The notes under the pieces: generated by a model | Database searches by the model: none | Told to the model about the DNA's origin: nothing | The model's input: only the letters and a program-made list of their open reading frames with translations | Translations under genes and position numbers: made by a program | Part shown: positions 58,346 through 64,000 of the stretch, piece after piece | Numbering within the stretch: position 1 is the first letter of the stretch | How the letters are laid out: the number at the start of each line of letters is the position of its first letter | Source of the DNA: Candidatus Rariloculaceae bacterium | Lineage (GTDB): Bacteria > Pseudomonadota > Gammaproteobacteria > Steroidobacterales > Rariloculaceae | NCBI GenBank assembly: GCA_965204155.1 | Contig: OZ241971.1 | Location: forward strand, 354,647 to 418,646 | Direction of reading: 5' to 3' | DNA length: 64,000 nucleotides

Positions 58346-59452
58346 CTAGTGCATCAATGGCCCCATATACGCAGGCAACTTTTTCTGTAGTCCATTCCAC
58401 TTTTCCTTTATTCCCTCAGGAGAAATGCTTTCAACACAGCTATGTTTTCCGACCAGGCGACCCAGATTCTGGAGTTCGCCAATGATGTCGGTACCGGACT
58501 TGGATCGCCGCATGATCCACAGAAAGATGTCGACAAGCTGCAAGCCGATGGAAGACTCGCTCGCCACGAATTCGATCCCCTGTTTGGGCATCCGTTTCCG
58601 CAGCACATCCTCGGCATCCGAGCCCTCGAAGAAGGGCTGTGCGAGGAAACGGCGCCGTTCGGTTTCCCCGAGCGCAGCAAGTCCGTCGGAATACTGCTTC
58701 ATCGTGTCATGCAACTCGGCCTGGGCAGAATTGAATTCCGACTGCCTGTCCGCCTTTATTGAAAGGGCATCCTTCCGCCCTGCCTCGCGAAGACGTCGCG
58801 CAATCGCCGACAAGACGAATTGAAAGCCCATCACGTTGGGTCCAACCGCTTTCTTGTCGCTTGTTCCAAAATCCAGTGCGTGGGGATTCCATATTCCGAA
58901 ACACAATGCGGCTTCGAACAACGCCTTGGTTGCCGAATCTATGTCCGACGCTCGGCATCGTTTAAAAAGTTCTTTCAGAAATTCGGCAATTTCCCCGCCT
59001 CGGTTCTCGATATCCGTGGCGATTCGCAACGACCACGCCTTTTTCAGCACTTCTTGATCGCAGAGCCGAGAGAATTTCTCAAATGCCGGATAGTACAATG
59101 GGGCGCTGTCCTCATCCCACTTCATCGCTGTGTTTCTTTCCTCGTTGAAAATGGCGTCGAACAGCATCGTCCGCGCGTATGTAGGCTTATGCATGTACCA
59201 GTAGTCAAAGCGAAAACCGAACCGCTTTTGCAACTTGATCAGAAGGGGCGCGATTTCGGACAGCCGGGACAGCCCAAGCTCGTTGGCATGCAGACAGGTC
59301 ACCCCGAGTTTTCGAAGCATCGCAGCATGATCGCGTGTCGCCAGGACGTCCGGGTTCAGCTTGCTCGAGAGCGTTCCGTAACACAGCACAGGTTGCGATG
59401 CGTCAAACAGGTTGTTGCCTGTGTTTCCCGACTCGTCGACAAAAAAGAACAT
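58346..59452 (-). CDS. DUF3800 domain protein
   Basis: Starts MFFFVDESGNTG; ADRQ; C-terminal SSIGLQLVDIFLW. Confidence 0.85.
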   Translation of the reverse strand: MFFFVDESGNTGNNLFDASQPVLCYGTLSSKLNPDVLATRDHAAMLRKLGVTCLHANELGLSRLSEIAPLLIKLQKRFGFRFDYWYMHKPTYARTMLFDAIFNEERNTAMKWDEDSAPLYYPAFEKFSRLCDQEVLKKAWSLRIATDIENRGGEIAEFLKELFKRCRASDIDSATKALFEAALCFGIWNPHALDFGTSDKKAVGPNVMGFQFVLSAIARRLREAGRKDALSIKADRQSEFNSAQAELHDTMKQYSDGLAALGETERRRFLAQPFFEGSDAEDVLRKRMPKQGIEFVASESSIGLQLVDIFLWIMRRSKSGTDIIGELQNLGRLVGKHSCVESISPEGIKEKWNGLQKKLPAYMGPLMH

Positions 59453-59762
59453 GACTGGAAGATTTCTGGGGTGAGTACATATCGCGCGGCGCTCGTCTTT
59501 TACCTCTTGCGTGGGCATCCAATATCGGCCCTCTGACGGGTACCGTACGTCCTGTTTTCGCCTTCCGGCAGATGGTGCGTATTCTGAGGGAAAGCTGCCG
59601 CGTGTTCTAGGCGAAAGTTGCCTCTCGTTCTGAAGCGAAGCTGCCACCCGTTTTAGCGTAATGTTGCCACCCTGAGGAGCGCCGCCGCGGATGACGGCCT
59701 GAGCCGTCCGTTGGTGGCGAATTGCCTTCGCCGGGCCAAAGCTTGCGAATTGGGGTGAACGA

Positions 59763-60090
59763 TCAGCGCCGCAGCCGGCGCAGACGTTGGCGCGATTCCC
59801 CATCGGGCAGGAAAACAATAGGATCGTCCAGCAAGGCTTGGATGGCCGTGGCCAGTGGGGCTGGCTCGACGAGCGCGTGCCAATGGAATTTATCCAGCGC
59901 CCAGATGATGCCGTGGAGCTCCATTTCGTTATCGATTGCGATGCGTCGCAAGGTGCTGTCGCCAGTCAGAAGGATGGCGGCCTGGGTCTATCCGGCCAAT
60001 AGAGGGCAAGGCAATCCTTCCATGCTAGGACGGAAAATTGTGGAAGTAGCGTTGCGCATGGAAGAGTCCGTTGGTGTCGAGGTGTCGCGT
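59763..60090 (-). pseudogene. PIN-domain remnant
   Basis: Broken frames give AWKDCLAL / AILLTGDSTLRRIA..ELHGIIWALD. Confidence 0.55.
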
Positions 60091-60835
60091 CTGTAGTCCT
60101 CGGTCAAGCAGATCTCGTTTTCCTCGCCGGTCAGGCTGATGAGTCCGTCATCCAGCAGCGCATTTAGGCCGATTTCGGCTACGGCTTCCAGGGCCGTATG
60201 GGCCGTGCGCTGTGGGCCCCGTTCGTCGCCGACGATTCGGGCGACGGGCAGGACGCACTGAGGACGGGCCTGAAACTCACCTCCGGCCCGCACGTCGATG
60301 CCGCACTCGAACTTGGCCAGCGAACGGGCGAGCCCGATCCGACCGTGAGGTTCGAGGGCCGGATTCGCTGGTAGGCCCCACCCCGCGGCGATCACATTCC
60401 GCCAACGAGACAATCCGGCGACATTCGCCGCAACCCGGTCGTTGAATCCGAGCTCGCGGGCGAAGCGGACAGGTCGCCCGCCATCCCTGGCGGGCTCAGT
60501 TCGGCGTTAATTGCGCCGCGCCGACGATGCGCTTCACTGCCGCGAGCGATTCCGTGCCCGTGCGGCGGTCGATGATCGCGTCGCCCACCGCCGCCAAGAG
60601 ATCGGGCTTTGGTACGCTCGCCAGCAGCGTCCGCTGCGCGGGCTTGACGGTCCAGATCACAACTGCCTGCGGCCACCCGACCAGTAGCTCGGTTCGCAGT
60701 TGCATCACCTGACTTGGACTGAACACCGTCTCAAAATCCGGCCGCTTGCAAAAGCTCAACGGCTTCGCGTGTATCGATTGGCATCGTTGCTTCTATTGTT
60801 GTTCTCCCCATGTTCGAGGGCCGGGACAGTGCTTC

Positions 60836-61261
60836 CTACTCCTGAAACACTGCGGCAACGGGCTCCGCGTAAGGAGAACCTGTGACCAAAACCTTGTCCA
60901 CGGAGAGTACGATTGCTGAGGCGATAACACTTGTAATGAGGGCTGCGATCCATGCGCGATGAGCAAACAGTATTCTGGCGCATTTCTCCCGGCGGGAAAG
61001 GGATCCAAAGTACTCCTTCCAAATCGCGTGAATCGCTGGATCCAGTCTGTCACCCTCGATGACTCGATTGTTTGATCCATCTAGAATGTAAACGCCAATA
61101 GATACCTTGCCATCGGCGCCATGCCAGAATTGACCTATGTGAGATCCTCTATACGCCTCTAATACTCTGCCGGAAACCGGGAAACTTGTTGATGTTCCTC
61201 CGGTTTTAGTATCCTTTTGGAGTATTGGAGTCATTTCTACTTTATACATCGGTTCGATCAT
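60836..61261 (-). CDS. Hypothetical protein with C-terminal hydrophobic segment
   Basis: GAGGAAGAG leader; WIAALITSVIASAIVL. Confidence 0.55.
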   Translation of the reverse strand: MIEPMYKVEMTPILQKDTKTGGTSTSFPVSGRVLEAYRGSHIGQFWHGADGKVSIGVYILDGSNNRVIEGDRLDPAIHAIWKEYFGSLSRREKCARILFAHRAWIAALITSVIASAIVLSVDKVLVTGSPYAEPVAAVFQE

Positions 61262-61439
61262 TGGCTCTTCCTCATATTCGGTCCCCGGATTTCTTCCGTA
61301 CCCAAGTTCAAAGTGGTCCGCGCGCGCAGGAACATGGAGTCAGCAATTGACGCGTGAGATCAATTCATGCGTGCATGCTTGTTCGGTGCTGGCAGGTTGA
61401 CACTGCGTGGCTGAGTGGCGCCAACTCGCAGCCTGAGAC

Positions 61440-61757
61440 CGGTGGCGGATCGAGACCGAGACGTTCAATACCCTGAAAATCCAAGGCTATCGCTTCGAGC
61501 ATAACTTCGGCCACGGCGAGAAGTATCTGGCGACGGTGTTCGTCTACCTGATGATTCTGGCGTTTCTCATCGACCAAATCCAGCAGCGCTGCTGCCGACT
61601 GTTCAGTACGGCCCAGGCCGAGGCCGGGCGTCCCCGCTACTTCTGGGAACAACTGCGGGTGCTCTTCCTGCAACTGTTCATCCCGGACTACGAGACGTTG
61701 TATAGGGCGCTGGCGTTCGGGCACCGAAGTGAACTGGTGCTGTATTACACTTCCTGA
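61440..61757 (+). mobile_element. DDE transposase 3' fragment (IS4-like/ISNCY)
   Basis: RWRIETETFNTLK.QGYRFEHNFGHG...LAFLIDQIQQRCC. Confidence 0.8.
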
Positions 61758-61844
61758 CTCCATGCTGCGGCCGTGTGTGCGAGAAACGGTTCTTCAGGGA
61801 CAGCACGATAGCCAAACGACACGTCGGCATCCGAGCCGGAGAGG

Positions 61845-62297
61845 ATGACTTCCCTCACCGATCGGCTCATGCCCGCACGGCGGGATCGGATCGACATCGC
61901 GAGCGTGAAAAACGCGTTAACGGGAATTGCCGACATATGTCTGACATATTACGTACTTTGGCAAATGTACCCGGACCATCCGGGAACGTGTGCGCCAGGA
62001 AGATCGGCGGTTTCCGTTGCGGCAGGTGGCCATTCGCATCGGCGTGGAGCTGGCCTATCCGAGCAAGATCACGCACGGCGACATGGCGCTGCCGTTTGAG
62101 GCCACGACGGTTCGGTTGTCGCGGGAACTGAAGATCCGGACGCGCTGCTCGCGCTGGGAGGGAAGGTTGCGGGCGATCTGCAGGCGATCATTCGCAAGCG
62201 GCCCAAGCTGGTTGCCGAATTAATCAGGCTACTCAAGGACGCACCCGACGACGCCATACTAGGAGTGGTGCGCGAGGTGCGTGACGGGGATCGTTAG
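61845..62297 (+). pseudogene. Degraded hypothetical gene
   Basis: GGAGAGG RBS then protein-like pieces in shifting frames (KNALTGIADICLTYYVLWQMYP / VCARKIGG / LLKDAPDDAILGVVREVRDGD). Confidence 0.35.
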
Positions 62298-62608
62298 GAG
62301 CCGCCACGATCACATTGGAAAACGTCGTATTGGAATTGGTGTTTCCGGCGGTTCAAGAGCAGGCGCGCGGCTCGATCGATTTTCAGCTGAACCCTGCGGA
62401 TTCCCGACGACGACTACGACGAGTCGCTGCCGCTGCGGGGCCGGTTTCCGTTGCGGCATCGGGACGATTCGCGTTTACCCGGCGCGTGGTGTCGGCGCGG
62501 CGGCATTGTCGAGCCGATGCACCAAGCCGAAGTCCTGTGAATCAACCTTGATTCGATGTCGGTGTACCGTAAGATAAGAAAAATGCTCTCTTGATTTTGT
62601 ATATCGCC

Positions 62609-63619
62609 ATGGCTAGGATTCGAATTGCGACGTTCAATGTCGAAAATCTCCTGCAGAGGTTCGACTTTTACAAGTACGGAAGTCTGACTGTAGAACCGGC
62701 ACTGCGGATCTTGGGCGTCGAATCCTCGGACGACGATTACGGCTTGCTGCGTAGGTCACTGCACGTGAGTCTGACCGACGATTCACGCCAGATGGTCGCT
62801 CAAGCCATTCGTGACACCGCAGCCGATCTCATCTGTCTTCAGGAGGTGGATCATCGAACCGTATTGGACGACTTTCACGCTCAATATCTGAAAAAATCAG
62901 CCGGCGTGCACTATGGATGGCGACGAGTTCTCGAAGGCAACGACCGACGCGGAATCGATGTCGCCGTCATGTCCAAACGTCCAGTCAAGGTCAGCTCGCA
63001 CAAGCACCATACGTTCGCCGATTTCGGTCTGTTCAGTACTGCGCTGCGCGAACACGGTCTCAGCGAAGGTGACCCGATCTTTCGCCGCGACTGCCTAGAA
63101 GTTCGCACCAAGGTGAGCAAGCAGGAACTGACTGTTTTTGTTTGTCACTTCAAGTCAATGTCCGGTGACAGAGAAGCGACGCGCCCGATACGCCAAGCCG
63201 AAGCAAAAGCCGTTCGAAGAATTATCGAGACTACCTTTCAATCTCCCGGGGATGCGTCGTGGCTTGTCGTGGGCGACCTCAACGACTATACACACCTACA
63301 AAACGGTACCGTGGACAATGGGCACGGCTTGGGACCGCTCCTCGACGGTGGCTTTTCCGTGAATCTCGTTTTGCGCAGGAAAGCAGCGGACAGATGGACA
63401 CACTACTATCCGAAGGGAGGAACGAAACACCAGATCGACTACATACTTGCATCACCGGCATTGGCAAGGATCAACAGGAAAGCCGTTCCGGACATCATTC
63501 GTGCGGGCCAGCCATGGCGAGTGCCCGGTACCACGCGTACAAAACGTTATCCACGAGTGGGCTTTGATCGACCCAAGGCGAGCGATCATTGTCCCGTCGT
63601 CGTTGATCTGGAGTTGTGA
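62609..63619 (+). CDS. Endonuclease/exonuclease/phosphatase (EEP) family protein
   Basis: IATFNVENL, ICLQEV, VCHFKS, VGDLND, IDYIL, SDHCPV. Confidence 0.93.
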   Translation: MARIRIATFNVENLLQRFDFYKYGSLTVEPALRILGVESSDDDYGLLRRSLHVSLTDDSRQMVAQAIRDTAADLICLQEVDHRTVLDDFHAQYLKKSAGVHYGWRRVLEGNDRRGIDVAVMSKRPVKVSSHKHHTFADFGLFSTALREHGLSEGDPIFRRDCLEVRTKVSKQELTVFVCHFKSMSGDREATRPIRQAEAKAVRRIIETTFQSPGDASWLVVGDLNDYTHLQNGTVDNGHGLGPLLDGGFSVNLVLRRKAADRWTHYYPKGGTKHQIDYILASPALARINRKAVPDIIRAGQPWRVPGTTRTKRYPRVGFDRPKASDHCPVVVDLEL

Positions 63620-64000
63620 AGTAGCCTGAGAATGCATGCAGGGCCGAATTCGCTATAAGGACATTCACACCGTCATCGAATCTCACCTTTGCGCCGGTAA
63701 GGCCGCCATTGAGTCGATGTGCAACATTCTTCGTAACAGAGATTGAAATTGGGTTGGGAGTTTCGAATCATCGAGCACGACGGACAGGCTCCACGTGGTC
63801 AGAACAGAATAACCGGAATTGAATATTTCTTGAGGAGTAAATACAAGTGACGACGCGATCTAACCTGAATGTGCGAGTCATAGCGGTATCTGTTCTGGCA
63901 ATACTCATCTTTGCAGCATATTTTTATGAACTCAATTTGCCTGATGTTGGTGTTGGCCATCTTCAGAGGAATTTTTCCGATTCTCAAGCAGAGTCCTTAA

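Noticed and set aside
60090-60760. Protein-like fragments on the minus strand
   Set aside because: Probably a degraded gene, but I could not assign a family or boundaries.
63799-63987. 62-aa minus-strand ORF at the window end
   Set aside because: In-frame stop just upstream, no motif; cannot be supported.
1-64000. tRNA/rRNA genes, integrase, relaxase, T4SS, att sites
   Set aside because: None recognisable by eye in this window; a tRNAscan/Infernal run would be needed to exclude small RNAs.

Overview
GC-rich bacterial (probably proteobacterial; an E. coli-type LexA box is present) window in three parts. (1) 1-21.3 kb: chromosomal/accessory genes, many exported: amidohydrolase- and RidA-like proteins, MORN- and ankyrin-repeat proteins, a beta-barrel, a STAS protein, a TonB-dependent receptor and an ECF sigma / dockerin-like anti-sigma / cohesin-like / VIT-vWA operon. 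(2) 21.3-47.1 kb: the leading-region half of a conjugative/integrative element, almost entirely on the minus strand (RHH/MobC-like, oriT-like region, DUF2493, Toprim, NADAR-AlkB-DUF4326-SLOG cassette, ssb, strawberry-notch MTase/helicase, MoxR-like AAA-DUF3150-DUF2201/vWA, DUF2958, GHKL, ParB, 2x RadC, SRAP), ending at its left side in a MITE with no relaxase, T4SS or integrase in the window. (3) 47.3-64 kb: a lower-GC defence-island-like region with IS remnants, a C5-MTase + MORC-nuclease + Vsr restriction-modification locus, HNH, DUF3800, a PIN remnant and an EEP nuclease. The best candidate for an undescribed system is the coupled two-gene operon at 47375-52268: a divergent thymidine-phosphorylase-family enzyme plus a 1.2-kaa Zn-finger / protein kinase / STAND-like P-loop NTPase / tandem CARF-like fusion. 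All family assignments are by eye from motifs; no database searches were run.
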